Virus record (IMG/VR): IMGVR_UViG_3300020045_008024 | Location: 1-58,448 of that record | Reading direction: 5' to 3' (one strand) | From: a virus | Lineage: Duplodnaviria > Caudoviricetes | Length of the DNA stretch: 58,448 bases | Shown here: piece after piece, positions 12,101-20,633 of the stretch | Layout: every line of letters begins with the position of its first letter | How positions within the stretch are numbered: the stretch's first letter is position 1 | Made by a program: the position numbers and the translations under genes | Notes under the pieces: model-generated | The model's input: the letters and a program-made list of their open reading frames with translations, nothing else | Told to the model about the DNA's origin: nothing | The model's database searches: none

Positions 12101-13279
12101 CTTGAAGGTATCGGTCGCCAGATGCCCAAGGCTGTTGAAAGCATCAACCGCAGTGTTTCGGCACTGGCCGCTTACCGGCTCGAAATGCAGCGGTCAGGCA
12201 ACCATGAGCGTGCTGTGCAGTTTGCACAGGACACGGTCAACTTGACACAGTTCAACTACTCGGCCACCAACTCGGCCCCGTACATGAACCACCCGGCGCT
12301 GCGCCTGATGCTGCAGTTCAAGAAATACGGCGCTGGCATGTATCAGATGCTTGGTGAGCAGGTGGCCATCGCCATCCGCAACGAGAACCCGGGCGACCGT
12401 GCACGGGCCATCAAGTCGTTGAGCTTCACTATCGGCATGCACGTGCTCGTTGCCGGTGCCATGGGCCTGCCGACAGAACCGATCAAGCTTCTGGTGACTG
12501 CAGCGAACGGCCTTGGTATCACCGACTGGTCTTGGGGCGATGTCGAAGACGCGCAGCGGGAAGCCGCCGCCGATCTGTTTGGGGCAAAGTTTGGCGAGAT
12601 CGTTTCTCGCGGGCTCCCCCGGGCGGTCGGTATCGACCTGTCCAGTCGTATGGGCATCGACACCCTCATGGGGCCGTTCGGCCAGCCGCGCTCCAATGAG
12701 GCACAGGACTGGAAAGCTTACGCATGGGACGCTGTTGCGGGCGCACCCGCCGGCCTTGTGGTCGATTGGGCCAAGGGCATCAACGATCTGGCAGAGGGCG
12801 ACTTCCAGCGGGCGGCAGAGAGGCTGGTGCCGGTAAAGGTGTTTGCAGACAGCCTGAAAGCCTACCGCGTGGCCACAGAGGGGACCGTGAGCGAGACTAG
12901 CGGCAAACAGGTCATGTCCCCGTATAGCGGTCTAGAAGCCTTTGGGCGAGCCATGGGCATGGCCCCAGCACGCGAAGCCGAAGCCTTCGAACGGTCTGGC
13001 GCTTTCTACCGCGCCAAAGAGAACCAAGACGCTGCCCGCACCGAGTTCCAGCGTGAATGGGTCGATGCTTCTGGCGCTGCCCGAGGCCGTCTGTGGCGGG
13101 AAATTCGGAAGTGGAACAAGGACCAGCCGGCAGAAGCTCGCCTTACGATTTCCGAGCTTAGGGGCTACCAAAAGCGGATGAAAGCTGATATGAAGGAAAC
13201 CAAGGAAGGCATTCGCGCTCGCCGTAGGGAAGAACACATCCTGAACCGGGCAGATGCCACCTACAATTTCCTCCCCTAG
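6149..13279 (+). CDS. Large polyvalent/ejection protein (InPase-like, zincin HExxH and PLxRFG-like domains)
   Basis: 2376 aa; GNYKKG..IENPKGSVR..DYGY..GADGDPIDV..FDEHKVM near 8860-9190; LHEVTH (9746-9760) with downstream EFIAEAFSN; YFPLMRRGNY near 10877-10906. Confidence 0.8.
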   Translation: MAEDDLSEFVDPFASKEFREATGNKIIDLSATPQTESSWTDYPAALGSRAAGIGADLSATVRAISEDRNADSGSKASAASAALGKFGQTLFGMLERDAKGAMTDEGRSDLDSTITDPNFWTLNSLALKTTNMAPDVIASAVPAVAFRSAAAAGIVSGTLSASQMVDDFYAQTDAMSDEELRQIPMYRDLRKQGATEEAARSSYNSFIRGNRPLWIGAFTALTNSLTPGGKIAGAFAGTAEKAVGEVAEGVVKRTVKGGAEGAISEGAQEGTQDYLTQQGEVAGQLRDKIDPSQTANAAATGAVLGTVLGAGVSAVTGGKTAAKPTPEVTPEEAIPSEVTPATPTETTPVVPSEAVGTEATIAQDMQSLKNHGKKYAEIDAAQQAEVDAKLTSRGLKTNPNAAKPVEAVAKPGVSVVEAAAPNDAQILAITKGKKKKPTAVLPTDQAVAVALPPVEQPVAAPVEQAPVQPVAAPVEQAQPVTPEVIQETPTAAQPVASEPVVAQPTQTIVEPTPAPAVAEPAMVPDAPVVAPKGPRILTDPVAEAKAAADYDAQLEKNLRGAAEADNKLMKTAAAADSPEALDIKSKISAKKRADIVANHERANKVMEAHLPADIEQGVFSTKPDRIVAGRKAMLDRATAMLAQAEKDGVAILDKLKDNTDREVAPTPAAILLAEARGLVRAAAKAKAEGKEVSKARLQEFSKREFSLRIGDAKDVLEARRVAGDAAKKVVSSDEVVGATVDEDVQELGDGAPIEDGEFTDDGDRVDTTPDDEAANTGNPEDAIIRKEEGEVASEVEGKQRPVAAKVKAMGEGEGFTTPKTDTRKAVVETKKKRVFVKPAAKEPSPAAARKLAEIKLTVAEQRVGRQIVEDAIAEDKAAKATVKERIEKARGETNTAPTQAQATAGNYKKGKVSIDGVAIAIENPKGSVRSNKDPAGPAWSVKMRHDYGYLEGTKGADGDPIDVYVGPKPDATYVYVVDQIDPFTQAFDEHKVMFGFDTQQEAVRAYDAAFSDGLGINRIGGMAQMTREEFKAWSKSAQQERSDLSTARADEMRSLMVGEPDPDVATYSVDATLAEELRREVAFTGKVRDGYVLDPLTKRFAKAVREMSVSDALWEVDLSNLAGAPRVIAGTARAQLTKLVGDMRIHIVTNADILRLSNYSPTVKLNGYHAFNAAAKDSDVIIINQDLLANPDKFRHVVLHEVTHAATVRGMVQDTTLLNNIINSANYIRDYLRKAGRQEDLDAVAYGTTGANGVTAAKEFIAEAFSNKRFQEILATIPAHEKMVEYFKLGESRKTMWGALVSAVRRALKMPDGSYNVLEVAIRLTEDAMKPRVNAVEDLENFFNARSFLGEGMAKSVGDQARRIVKDFEARQEYAPTKGNPWLIGLRTLDSIARASDRYFKGNNVVRKIANIMEGQRVAAIREFDAAAPIIQKLHSLERKYQGKVWEDFTQLVHDETMAGVYADRPLSDQKHISAKGKKDTWQRSQHPVLAKMHAALPADLKVARLEAMSYFRDKQNEVAVKLIRNRIVTLFDTTDPDGMATRLHEGKATDADKLLMSEAYDAIAAAGVLSKINGPYFPLMRRGNYVVKGKTEVTLPGNATRISDNEFEFTDADAAAEFSQSQSGRPTIRTIYVDKDTGATTGTEDGKTVRLGSNDMNAVPRYRVVVQNRHMEMFDTMKQARDRVAQLRAKGIQADDAVPRSFEAHGLQTDALSTQMRRMNTVLERRADERQFTPTQKQELLDTLNEMSINMLGSTRIQSRHLPRQYVAGASKDLVRNTTDYAHSMGNYVAKLDYRPQLDTALVELDDAVKANAADGLSAGRTAIQNEIVRRVTTANPIAENQFGNAVTKRILAVSFIDKLMSPSYSVINALQPMMTTAPYLAGHYGAGRAYAAMSKAYSDVGSLKVLKEGFIATADKVRAGRENVPTDPVNLIKSRLKNKQEIAMLDILIERGSLDVESGLEVSEMVRDKAGIIGKLDTGIGYLEGIGRQMPKAVESINRSVSALAAYRLEMQRSGNHERAVQFAQDTVNLTQFNYSATNSAPYMNHPALRLMLQFKKYGAGMYQMLGEQVAIAIRNENPGDRARAIKSLSFTIGMHVLVAGAMGLPTEPIKLLVTAANGLGITDWSWGDVEDAQREAAADLFGAKFGEIVSRGLPRAVGIDLSSRMGIDTLMGPFGQPRSNEAQDWKAYAWDAVAGAPAGLVVDWAKGINDLAEGDFQRAAERLVPVKVFADSLKAYRVATEGTVSETSGKQVMSPYSGLEAFGRAMGMAPAREAEAFERSGAFYRAKENQDAARTEFQREWVDASGAARGRLWREIRKWNKDQPAEARLTISELRGYQKRMKADMKETKEGIRARRREEHILNRADATYNFLP

Positions 13280-13303
13280 CAACATACCTTAGAGGTAATC
13301 CCT

Positions 13304-13489
13304 ATGGAAAATGAAACGAAGTCCGCAGCAACTTTGACAATCAAAGAGGCGGATCGCATGACTGAAGACGGCCGGAAGGAAGTAGCGGACTGGCTCCGCG
13401 CACAGGCCGACAGCCTAGAGGAAGGCGGGCATGACTACGCTGCCCGCTTCAGAGCCCGCTACATGTTTAGGGATGGTGACCATGGCTGA
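13304..13489 (+). CDS. Hypothetical protein
   Basis: 61 aa, GAGGT RBS provided by the palindrome at 13284. Confidence 0.65.
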   Translation: MENETKSAATLTIKEADRMTEDGRKEVADWLRAQADSLEEGGHDYAARFRARYMFRDGDHG

Positions 13490-13763
13490 AGGCGGAGAAA
13501 AGCGGGATCCGAGTTCCCATCGGACCCCCGGCCAGATCAAGCGCAAGAACGCCGGGTATGATGCCCGGCCGGAAAACGTCAAAGCCCGCGCCAACAACAA
13601 CAAGGCGCGGGCCATGCTCATGAAAGAGGGCAAGGTGAAAAAGGGCGATGGCAAGGATGTCAACCACATCAAGCCCCAGCGATCCGGTGGAAGCACCGCC
13701 CGCTCGAACCTGAATGTCCAATCAGAACACAAGAACCGTGGCTGGCGGCGGGACGAGAAATGA
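13482..13763 (+). CDS. Small HNH endonuclease
   Basis: KGDGKDVNHIKP..GGS...NLNVQS...NR HNH pattern; ATG at 13482. Confidence 0.75.
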   Translation: MAEGGEKRDPSSHRTPGQIKRKNAGYDARPENVKARANNNKARAMLMKEGKVKKGDGKDVNHIKPQRSGGSTARSNLNVQSEHKNRGWRRDEK

Positions 13764-14191
13764 TCGAGACATTCACTGAAACTGCTGTCACCACCCTGCT
13801 AACCCAAGGAACCGGGTGGGTGGTGGCTGTCCTTTTGGGGATATGGTGCTATGTCCTAGACAAGAGACTTGCTGCCGCAGGGGGTGCCTGCGATATCCAA
13901 GTTTCTGCCGCCAACCAAGCGGTAAAAGACCAGTATGAAAAACGTCTCGCGGAATTCCGCGAGATACTCGACGTTATGACCAACTCGACCAACACGGTCA
14001 ATGCGATGCACGGCAGTGTATCTGCCACTACCGAAGCAATCAACCAGCTCGCTGCCGGTTTCGCCAAGCTCCTGACGGAATTCCAAAATCAGCATACGCG
14101 CTGGGATGACAAGAGCGGTACGATGTCGCAGCAACTCGAAGATCTTCGGCACCGCCTCGAAGTTCTGCAGAGAGGGGTGCAAGCCGCATGA
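13760..14191 (+). CDS. Membrane-anchored coiled-coil protein (possible lysis accessory)
   Basis: N-terminal TM segment (GWVVAVLLGIWCYVL) then heptad-rich region; ATGA overlap. Confidence 0.6.
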   Translation: MIETFTETAVTTLLTQGTGWVVAVLLGIWCYVLDKRLAAAGGACDIQVSAANQAVKDQYEKRLAEFREILDVMTNSTNTVNAMHGSVSATTEAINQLAAGFAKLLTEFQNQHTRWDDKSGTMSQQLEDLRHRLEVLQRGVQAA

Positions 14192-14436
14192 ACCCGTTTT
14201 CCCGCCTATTTGGATACAAACGCGACAGTGTCGATCCGGTTAACCAGCCGGACGACAGCCACATCACCGAAACATTGCTACGCGCCAAAAAAGAAAACAC
14301 TACCGCAGCCACGACGTTCGTTGTCGAGGCTCGCAAGCAAGAGAGGGATGCACAATTCGCAAGAAAAATCATCAGCGACGTGATCAACCGTGCTGACAAG
14401 TTAAAGGCAATAGAAAATGCGGGCATTCAAAAGTAA
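14188..14436 (+). CDS. Hypothetical protein
   Basis: 82 aa, ATGA-coupled. Confidence 0.6.
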   Translation: MNPFSRLFGYKRDSVDPVNQPDDSHITETLLRAKKENTTAATTFVVEARKQERDAQFARKIISDVINRADKLKAIENAGIQK

Positions 14437-14914
14437 GGTACTCCATGCAGCGCTAATGCTGCTGGTTTCGTTCGTCCCTCTTGCACTGGTGTTCGAGCCC
14501 ATCGAGCTTTACATGCTCACAGGATCTGTACTGTTCACCACGTCTTTTGCCGTGGTGCATGCGTATTGGCCGGCCCTGCGGACTACCATCGACGCCAGTG
14601 GTGATAAGGCAGAACGTGTCGACGCGCTGGCCATGGCCATCGTGCTTATATTTCTCGCAACAGGACTGCGAGAATGTTATGTGACGTTCTATCGGGAATT
14701 TGTGAACAACACTCGATGGCTTCCGACTGACTACTACAAGCCGCTGGTGTTCATCAGATACACAGCAGCAGTGGCGGCTGTAATGGCTTTGGTATCGATG
14801 CGGGTGCCAAGGGGGGAGACGTGGCTTTCTCGCCTGCCGGGGTGGCCTAGGGCGGCAAGTTCCGTTGCGCTCGGTCTGGTCATCGGGGCAATCTTGATCC
14901 TCAACCGATCCTGA
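14417..14914 (+). CDS. Multi-pass membrane protein
   Basis: 165 aa with 4-5 hydrophobic segments; last gene of the rightward arm. Confidence 0.65.
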   Translation: MRAFKSKVLHAALMLLVSFVPLALVFEPIELYMLTGSVLFTTSFAVVHAYWPALRTTIDASGDKAERVDALAMAIVLIFLATGLRECYVTFYREFVNNTRWLPTDYYKPLVFIRYTAAVAAVMALVSMRVPRGETWLSRLPGWPRAASSVALGLVIGAILILNRS

Positions 14915-14931
14915 TTACCTCTCAAGGTAAC

Positions 14932-14962
14932 AAAAAGCCCCGGCGATGAGCCGGGGCTTTTT
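14932..14962. terminator. Bidirectional intrinsic terminator between the convergent arms
   Basis: AAAAAGCCCCGGC-GATGA-GCCGGGGCTTTTT. Confidence 0.9.
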
Positions 14963-15241
14963 CTATTGGATGGTGTTGCGGGTTTCGAGCATCAGACCCA
15001 TAATGTACTCGGTCATTGCCGCTTCGCTTGTGCCACGGATCTTGTCCCACGATATTTCAATCGTGATGACTTTGTCATCCATGATCAGCCCGATTTTTAT
15101 TACCGGCTTGCTGCGGGCAGCTTCCAGCTTTTCGGCCATGTAGTTGTTTGGGCGTTCGCCCCGCTCAAGCGCCTTGAGGTTATAGGCGATGCTGGCGGCT
15201 TCTGTGCGGATAACCCGGAGCGGTGAGTTCTTCGTCGACAT
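14963..15241 (-). CDS. Hypothetical protein
   Basis: MSTKNSPLRVIR...; ATG overlaps the TGA of the upstream gene. Confidence 0.65.
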   Translation of the reverse strand: MSTKNSPLRVIRTEAASIAYNLKALERGERPNNYMAEKLEAARSKPVIKIGLIMDDKVITIEISWDKIRGTSEAAMTEYIMGLMLETRNTIQ

Positions 15242-15513
15242 CAGTTCACCATCCCCGTAGGCGGGCGCTGCACTGCGATGATAGACTGCACCATGGCCAG
15301 CCCAGCCCATAGCACCTTTGCCGCCTCTTCTGGCTCGACCTCGGTCAGGACGAAGCCGCCGGAGCACTTTTCGCCCTGCTTGTGAACCTTGTGCACGGCG
15401 ACGACTACGTCAACATTTATGCCGCCAGCCAGATCGGTGGCGATGGTTTTCAGTCGCGCCAGAATGGCTTCGATTTCGTCGGTGGCTTTCTTCACTTCAA
15501 TGTGGTCTTCCAT
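15241..15513 (-). CDS. Hypothetical protein
   Basis: 90 aa with AGGAG RBS. Confidence 0.7.
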   Translation of the reverse strand: MEDHIEVKKATDEIEAILARLKTIATDLAGGINVDVVVAVHKVHKQGEKCSGGFVLTEVEPEEAAKVLWAGLAMVQSIIAVQRPPTGMVN

Positions 15514-15522
15514 GGTCAGCTC

Positions 15523-18500
15523 CTATGCTTCATCAATGAAGTTCATGATTTTCGAGTTGGTGATGTCGATCTCGACAAGGTATTCCGTCGCATTCGCATA
15601 CGACGTTCCAGCCCCAAGGCGGCCCTGTGTGAGCACCGCCCCGAGTTCCGACTGCAGTGCCTTGAGGAACACATGCCGTGGGTAATTGTTCTGCTGCAGC
15701 CAGTCATAGAGGTAGGCTTGGCCGATCCGCAGGACGTGATCAGAGGCCCCGACGTGCACGTGGATGCTGTCAAGGCGGGATGCGTCACCGATGACGGACA
15801 CTGTGCCGGCAGCAGGCTTTCCGCGCAGCCGGTGGATGACGTTGGTGACGAGGGTGTGCCGGGCGCGGTTCTCGTTGAGGAAGCGCGCCAGCGTGTTGAC
15901 GACGTTGGAGACGTTGCGCATGTCGACTGGCTGCGATGCTCGCTGGCTGCGCATGTCCTTGAGGGTCTGGTACATGAATGTCTTGAGCGCTGCTTCGTCA
16001 ATCGACGTGTACCCAAGGGCGTTGGCATATCTGGCGCCTAGCAGTGTAACCCCGATAAGGGCCACCCAGAACCGTTCATCGGCGTGCATCCCAACTTCCT
16101 TGCCGATGTTCGACAGAGTGGTGCCAACATCCTTCTCGACCTGCTGGTGGTTGATCCCCAGATAGCTTGCATAGTCATAGCCGATGTTGCCATAGTTGTC
16201 GTGCAGCTTGGCGAGCGTGCGCTGCGCAATGGTTGGGTCGATCTGCCCCGGAGCGCCGGCCTTCGGTGGGTCAACCGTAAACTCGAATACGCGGTAGATG
16301 CCGGCCGTGGTGGCGCGGGTCTTGTAGGCGATGCTGTCCATAAGGCTTTCGTTGGATGCTGCGACCATAACTGTCTGCCATGTGCCGGGCGTCCGCTGAG
16401 TTACCTTCGAGGTCATTCTCGATTTTTCCTTGCCGAGTGTCAACCGGAATACGGTGTCGACAAATTTCTTCGTGTCCTCTTCCGACTTCAATTCGTCCCA
16501 ATAGATCGGCAGCGAGCGCAGTTCACCGAGTTTGTTGAGCACGGAGTTCTGCGTGTCGGACAGAGACTGTACAGCCTTGACCGGGTCGCCCCATACAGCC
16601 TGTGCGATCTTCAGGGCGGTTGACTTGCCGATGCCACTCTCGATGGAGTATGCGGACATGAGCAAGCCGGCGTGCCCGGTGTATCTCACCAGCGGCGCAG
16701 CGAAAGCTGATGCGACGATAGCGTCGAGGGATGGGCGCTTCTGGTCGGTGATCATCAGTGCAGCATCGAGCCACGGCTGTGTGTCGCCTTCCGGGGAGAA
16801 CTGGCGCTGCAGCTCCGGGTCGGTGTTCGAGGCGATCTCGGTGCCGTTGGGGGTGTGGAGCTTGCCGCCGTAAACGAACCCGTGGGTCTTGCCGCTGCGG
16901 ACCAGCCAGCCGAACGGCACAGAGGTCACAATGCTGTCCTTGGTAGTCTGAAGTTTGGAAATCCAAGCCATGATAAAATCCGATAGGTTGTTGAAGCCAC
17001 GCACGCCGCCGCCCACCATGAAGCCTTGCTCCTGCATGGACTTTTTCATTTCACCCGTGCCAACATCTTTGCACGGGACAGAAATCTGGGACAGCTTGCC
17101 GAATTCAGTTTCAGTTGTGAAGTTGAGCGACCACGGGTCACGCTGCATCCATGGGTCGATCATGGGGTAGCGTGTCACGGGGAACCATGTTGTGGAACCA
17201 TCGTCCTGCGGTGCGGCGAAGAGGATGACACCGTTGTTGTTGCGCAGGTATCCATTCGGAAGGTCAGGATCCTGCTGCCCGGTTCCGGGGACCAGCAGGG
17301 CAGGGGCGGCCACTGGCTGCGGTGCTGTGGTCAGGTGGGCCGATGTAGCCGCCGATGCCACAACGGCCGCCACGGGCTGCGAGAAGCCGCCCTGCACTGC
17401 CGCCTGCTGCGTTACCTTGGGGGTAAAGTTGAGCGGCGACCTGTTTTCCGGCCGATGGTGGCAGGTGGCGCAGGCTGTGCATCCACTAGCCGCGATAGAC
17501 GCACAGCTAGGCCACCCCAGATTGCGGGTGATCTTCTCGTTGGACTTGCGGTCGAACAGCTCATCAGTCTCACCCGGCCCATAGTTCGAATGGCCACTTG
17601 CCATGCGGTGGGCGTCGACGCGGCCACCTTCTGTGAACGTGGCAATAAGTGTCGTCAGGTTCCACAGCGGGTTGCTGAAAGCCGCGCCGCCGGTCGCCAG
17701 TGCTTCGGCAATGAAGCCACACTCAAACACTAGGCTGTCGAGCTTGACAGGCGCAGCGGACGATAGATCGATACCAGATGCCAGATCGGACACGCCTTGG
17801 ATAGGGGTCTTGGGCGGCAGCAGGGTCATTGATGCGGTTAGAGTGGAGTGGGGAACCGTCACCTCGAAGGGCTTCAGGATGCTGGCAATCTTGTCGTTCG
17901 AGTAGTCGAACTCAACCATGTTACCCACCAAGGTAACATCGCGTGGTGGGTCGTATTTGTAGTTCTTCGTACCCGGAACGCGAAGCACGCGAGCGGCGTC
18001 GATAGTGCATTGCGTGTCGCAGCGCAGCCCTGCCTGCTTCGTGGCTTCCGCCATGGCGTAGGCAAGCGGAAGCCACTCCTCGACGCCCAGAGGGCGGACA
18101 AGGCACCAGTACACATGGAAGCCGCCGCCTGAAGACACAACGGCGGTAGGGCGGGGAAGTCCAGTGAACTTGATAAACGCGAGGAGTGCTTCGCCAAACT
18201 CTTTCGTGGTGGCATAGCCCTTGCTCTTGTCGGCCTTCCCATCAACTAGGTCGATGTCGATGAACAGGGCCTTCATCCGCACCGCGTTCTCTGCCGCCCG
18301 CACAGCCTTGAAATACTTGAAGCCCTTGGCTGATACTTTCTCTTCGGCGTAGATCTGGGTCGAGGTGCAGAAGTAGATATCCTTCGAGCCTTCATTCGAT
18401 GAGGCGTACTCGACAGCCTTGACGGCTTCGCCCAACGACAGACATGCCTTGCCGGTCCACGGTAGAAGCGGGCGGCCGGTGGTCTTGTTTATCCGAATGG

Positions 18501-18624
18501 TCGACTTGTCCGACGGTTCGAAGGTGTTATGGATGTTCACATATGCCTTAGCATCCCCATCCTGTGGCCATGCTACAACGCGGGCGAGGAACAGTTTCGT
18601 ATTGGTGGTGGGGGGGATATTCAT
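15523..18624 (-). CDS. Primase-helicase (AEP/RepB-like primase, Cys-rich linker, DUF927-type P-loop domain)
   Basis: FIDID, SSGGGFHVYW and DAARVLRVPGTKN primase motifs; CASI..CTACATC; Walker A SGIGKST and Walker B IYWDE. Confidence 0.85.
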   Translation of the reverse strand: MNIPPTTNTKLFLARVVAWPQDGDAKAYVNIHNTFEPSDKSTIRINKTTGRPLLPWTGKACLSLGEAVKAVEYASSNEGSKDIYFCTSTQIYAEEKVSAKGFKYFKAVRAAENAVRMKALFIDIDLVDGKADKSKGYATTKEFGEALLAFIKFTGLPRPTAVVSSGGGFHVYWCLVRPLGVEEWLPLAYAMAEATKQAGLRCDTQCTIDAARVLRVPGTKNYKYDPPRDVTLVGNMVEFDYSNDKIASILKPFEVTVPHSTLTASMTLLPPKTPIQGVSDLASGIDLSSAAPVKLDSLVFECGFIAEALATGGAAFSNPLWNLTTLIATFTEGGRVDAHRMASGHSNYGPGETDELFDRKSNEKITRNLGWPSCASIAASGCTACATCHHRPENRSPLNFTPKVTQQAAVQGGFSQPVAAVVASAATSAHLTTAPQPVAAPALLVPGTGQQDPDLPNGYLRNNNGVILFAAPQDDGSTTWFPVTRYPMIDPWMQRDPWSLNFTTETEFGKLSQISVPCKDVGTGEMKKSMQEQGFMVGGGVRGFNNLSDFIMAWISKLQTTKDSIVTSVPFGWLVRSGKTHGFVYGGKLHTPNGTEIASNTDPELQRQFSPEGDTQPWLDAALMITDQKRPSLDAIVASAFAAPLVRYTGHAGLLMSAYSIESGIGKSTALKIAQAVWGDPVKAVQSLSDTQNSVLNKLGELRSLPIYWDELKSEEDTKKFVDTVFRLTLGKEKSRMTSKVTQRTPGTWQTVMVAASNESLMDSIAYKTRATTAGIYRVFEFTVDPPKAGAPGQIDPTIAQRTLAKLHDNYGNIGYDYASYLGINHQQVEKDVGTTLSNIGKEVGMHADERFWVALIGVTLLGARYANALGYTSIDEAALKTFMYQTLKDMRSQRASQPVDMRNVSNVVNTLARFLNENRARHTLVTNVIHRLRGKPAAGTVSVIGDASRLDSIHVHVGASDHVLRIGQAYLYDWLQQNNYPRHVFLKALQSELGAVLTQGRLGAGTSYANATEYLVEIDITNSKIMNFIDEA

Positions 18625-18640
18625 TGCGAGCGGGGCTCCA

Positions 18641-18681
18641 AAAATTAATGATGGCGGGCCAGCAAAAAGCCAGCCCGCCAG
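18641..18681 (-). terminator. Probable terminator/attenuator between SSB-like gene and primase
   Basis: TGGCGGGC/GCCCGCCA stem followed on the minus strand by TCATTAATTTT. Confidence 0.5.
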
Positions 18682-18710
18682 TGTTATTCCGCACTACCGC
18701 GCCGCAGTTT

Positions 18711-19928
18711 TTAGCCCAAGAGGCCGTTCAGCATATCGTCAAGCTCGGCGGCGAAGCCGGTCGTTGCCGGGTCAGCCTCTTCCTTGTCCTTGACGGGTTC
18801 GACCGGGGCGACCGTAGCGCTGGCAGCGGCGGCTTTCTTCGCGGCAGCTGCAGCCTTGATCTTGAGGTAGGCTTCCTCGGCTTCGCGGATTTCCCGGTCT
18901 TCGTCGCTTTCAGTTACCTCGGGGGTAACAGATGCAGCTGCGAGTGCAGCGGCGGCGCGGGCTTCAGCTTCTGCAGCGGCCTTTTCAGCAGCAGCCTTTT
19001 CAGCAGCGGCCTTCTCGTTCGCAGCCTTGGTCGCAGCAGCTTTCTTCGCCGTTGCAGCAGCCTTGGCCTTGGCCAGAGCTTCGGCAGCAGCCTTCTCGTC
19101 AGCGTCGCTTGTGTCGGCAACAGGCTCGACAGCAGCGACACGAGCGCCAACATCAGGCGCCTGCTCGAACAGCGGTGCAGCCTCCGCAGGTGCGGCCGCA
19201 GGGGCAGGGCCGAACTCGCTTTCAGAGAGAATGCGGCTGACAGTGTGGCCTTCACGAGCCGATAGCACGATGTCGGCTTCCGCATCGCTCAATGGGCGCA
19301 CGCCCGAAAAGACGAACTTCGGATAGCTCTCGCCGGGGTCGAAAGCAATTTTCGTGCCAATCGAGTAATAGGGGTAGCCCATCTGCTGCATCTTCTGGCC
19401 GTACATGGCCAGATCCTGCAGGGATGCTGCCGGGACGCGCAACAGCATCGGGCCGCCATAGACGGTGTTTTCCAGATCCTGCAGCGGAGCGACGGCGATG
19501 CGCTTGCTGTCGGCGCAGGACTTGCCCTGCTTACCGGCCGGGGTAATGCGCGATCCCCACTGGTTGTGTGGGCAGACGGCACAGCTCTCGCACTGCTTCG
19601 CCGTCGAGGTAGCTTCGGGGGTCACGCCATTGTTCGAGAAGCAATCGGGGGCGGCGTTCGAGCCTTCAACGTAGCCATCCTTGTAATAGATCTTGGAGAT
19701 CGACTGGCTGGCCTTGAGGATGACGACTTCAATGGAGCCACGGGGGCCGTCGCCGTCGTCGCGCAGGAGCTGCGTTTCGTCGCCACGATACTTGAGCGAC
19801 CAGACCTTACCCTTGTAGCCGACCAGTGCGAAAGAGGACTGGATGCCGGAAGAGAGGTCGTCAACAACCGGAGTTCCGGCGAATTTGGTGGAAATTGCGC
19901 CGAAGTTTACGGGGATTAGTTCTGACAT
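18711..19928 (-). CDS. Putative ssDNA-binding/annealing protein
   Basis: PDCFS, CESCAVCPHNQWGS, GKSCADSKR Cys cluster; Ala/Lys/Glu-rich linker; acidic C-terminus; next to primase. Confidence 0.6.
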   Translation of the reverse strand: MSELIPVNFGAISTKFAGTPVVDDLSSGIQSSFALVGYKGKVWSLKYRGDETQLLRDDGDGPRGSIEVVILKASQSISKIYYKDGYVEGSNAAPDCFSNNGVTPEATSTAKQCESCAVCPHNQWGSRITPAGKQGKSCADSKRIAVAPLQDLENTVYGGPMLLRVPAASLQDLAMYGQKMQQMGYPYYSIGTKIAFDPGESYPKFVFSGVRPLSDAEADIVLSAREGHTVSRILSESEFGPAPAAAPAEAAPLFEQAPDVGARVAAVEPVADTSDADEKAAAEALAKAKAAATAKKAAATKAANEKAAAEKAAAEKAAAEAEARAAAALAAASVTPEVTESDEDREIREAEEAYLKIKAAAAAKKAAAASATVAPVEPVKDKEEADPATTGFAAELDDMLNGLLG

Positions 19929-19954
19929 GGGGTTTTCTCCTGATAGGGAAATTC

Positions 19955-19983
19955 AGTATAGATGGGGGGTATGGGGTTGTCAA
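19955..19983 (-). promoter_or_regulatory. Sigma70-type promoter for the SSB-like gene
   Basis: TTGACA-17 bp-TATACT on the minus strand. Confidence 0.85.
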
Positions 19984-19995
19984 GTGGTAAACAAA

Positions 19996-20397
19996 CTATT
20001 TCCGGCGGACACCGACAACCTGTGTAGAAGTCCATTTGACGCCGGGGGGCAGGACGCCGTGCTCGTTCACGAATGCCTCGACGCCGGCAACACTGGCTTT
20101 CTTGTCGAGCAAATCCCAATCCTCGGACCCGATGACATGGCGCATGAAAGAATCGCTGTCTTCGAGGGATGCCGACCGCTTGGTGGTGCGGTAGACGGTG
20201 CCGGCCGGACTGGACACGCTGTCGCCGCCGATCTTAATGAGGTGGTCGAGCATTACCGCGTTGAGCTTTTCGAGGGCTTCGCGGTAGGGTTGCATCTTGG
20301 CTTTGTGTGCATCGTCCTGCTCTTTGATCACGTCGCGAAGCTTGATGTACTGGCCGATGCGGATGTTTATGTCAGTCTCGGTTGGTGCTGTTGTCAT
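19996..20397 (-). CDS. Conserved phage replication-module protein (coiled coil plus GTVYR motif)
   Basis: YIKLRD..., GTVYRTT, DWDLLDKK; start placed at MTTAP. Confidence 0.65.
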   Translation of the reverse strand: MTTAPTETDINIRIGQYIKLRDVIKEQDDAHKAKMQPYREALEKLNAVMLDHLIKIGGDSVSSPAGTVYRTTKRSASLEDSDSFMRHVIGSEDWDLLDKKASVAGVEAFVNEHGVLPPGVKWTSTQVVGVRRK

Positions 20398-20408
20398 GGT
20401 CTTACCTT

Positions 20409-20633
20409 TCAAGGTACGTTGTCAACTTCTACTCTGTCGTCAATGACGACACGAAGGTCATCAGCGTCTAGGTAGTAAACCACCGAAGACACCCTAGAGA
20501 AGGGAAGGGCTTTTGCCGGCCCCCTTCTCAATCTTATCACGTGCATCGGCTCATCATAGGTGCCGCCCATAAGGGCTGCACGAGCCCTGTAGTATTCGAG
20601 TTTACTGGTCTGATCTTCGCTCAAGAGCTTCAA
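20409..20633 (-). CDS. RAxLMG/DAxTLEP family small protein, divergent copy
   Basis: YYRARAALMGGTYD...YLDADDL; start uncertain (TTG). Confidence 0.6.
   Translation of the reverse strand: MKLLSEDQTSKLEYYRARAALMGGTYDEPMHVIRLRRGPAKALPFSRVSSVVYYLDADDLRVVIDDRVEVDNVP

Noticed and set aside
13600-13625. KARAMLM in the HNH protein as an eleventh family member
   Set aside because: It lies in the normal basic helix before KGDGKDV and lacks the following G-x-x-Y and the DAxTLEP box; likely coincidence.
18830-19210. TolA-like or histone-like gene
   Set aside because: It is a low-complexity Ala/Lys/Glu linker inside the SSB-like ORF.
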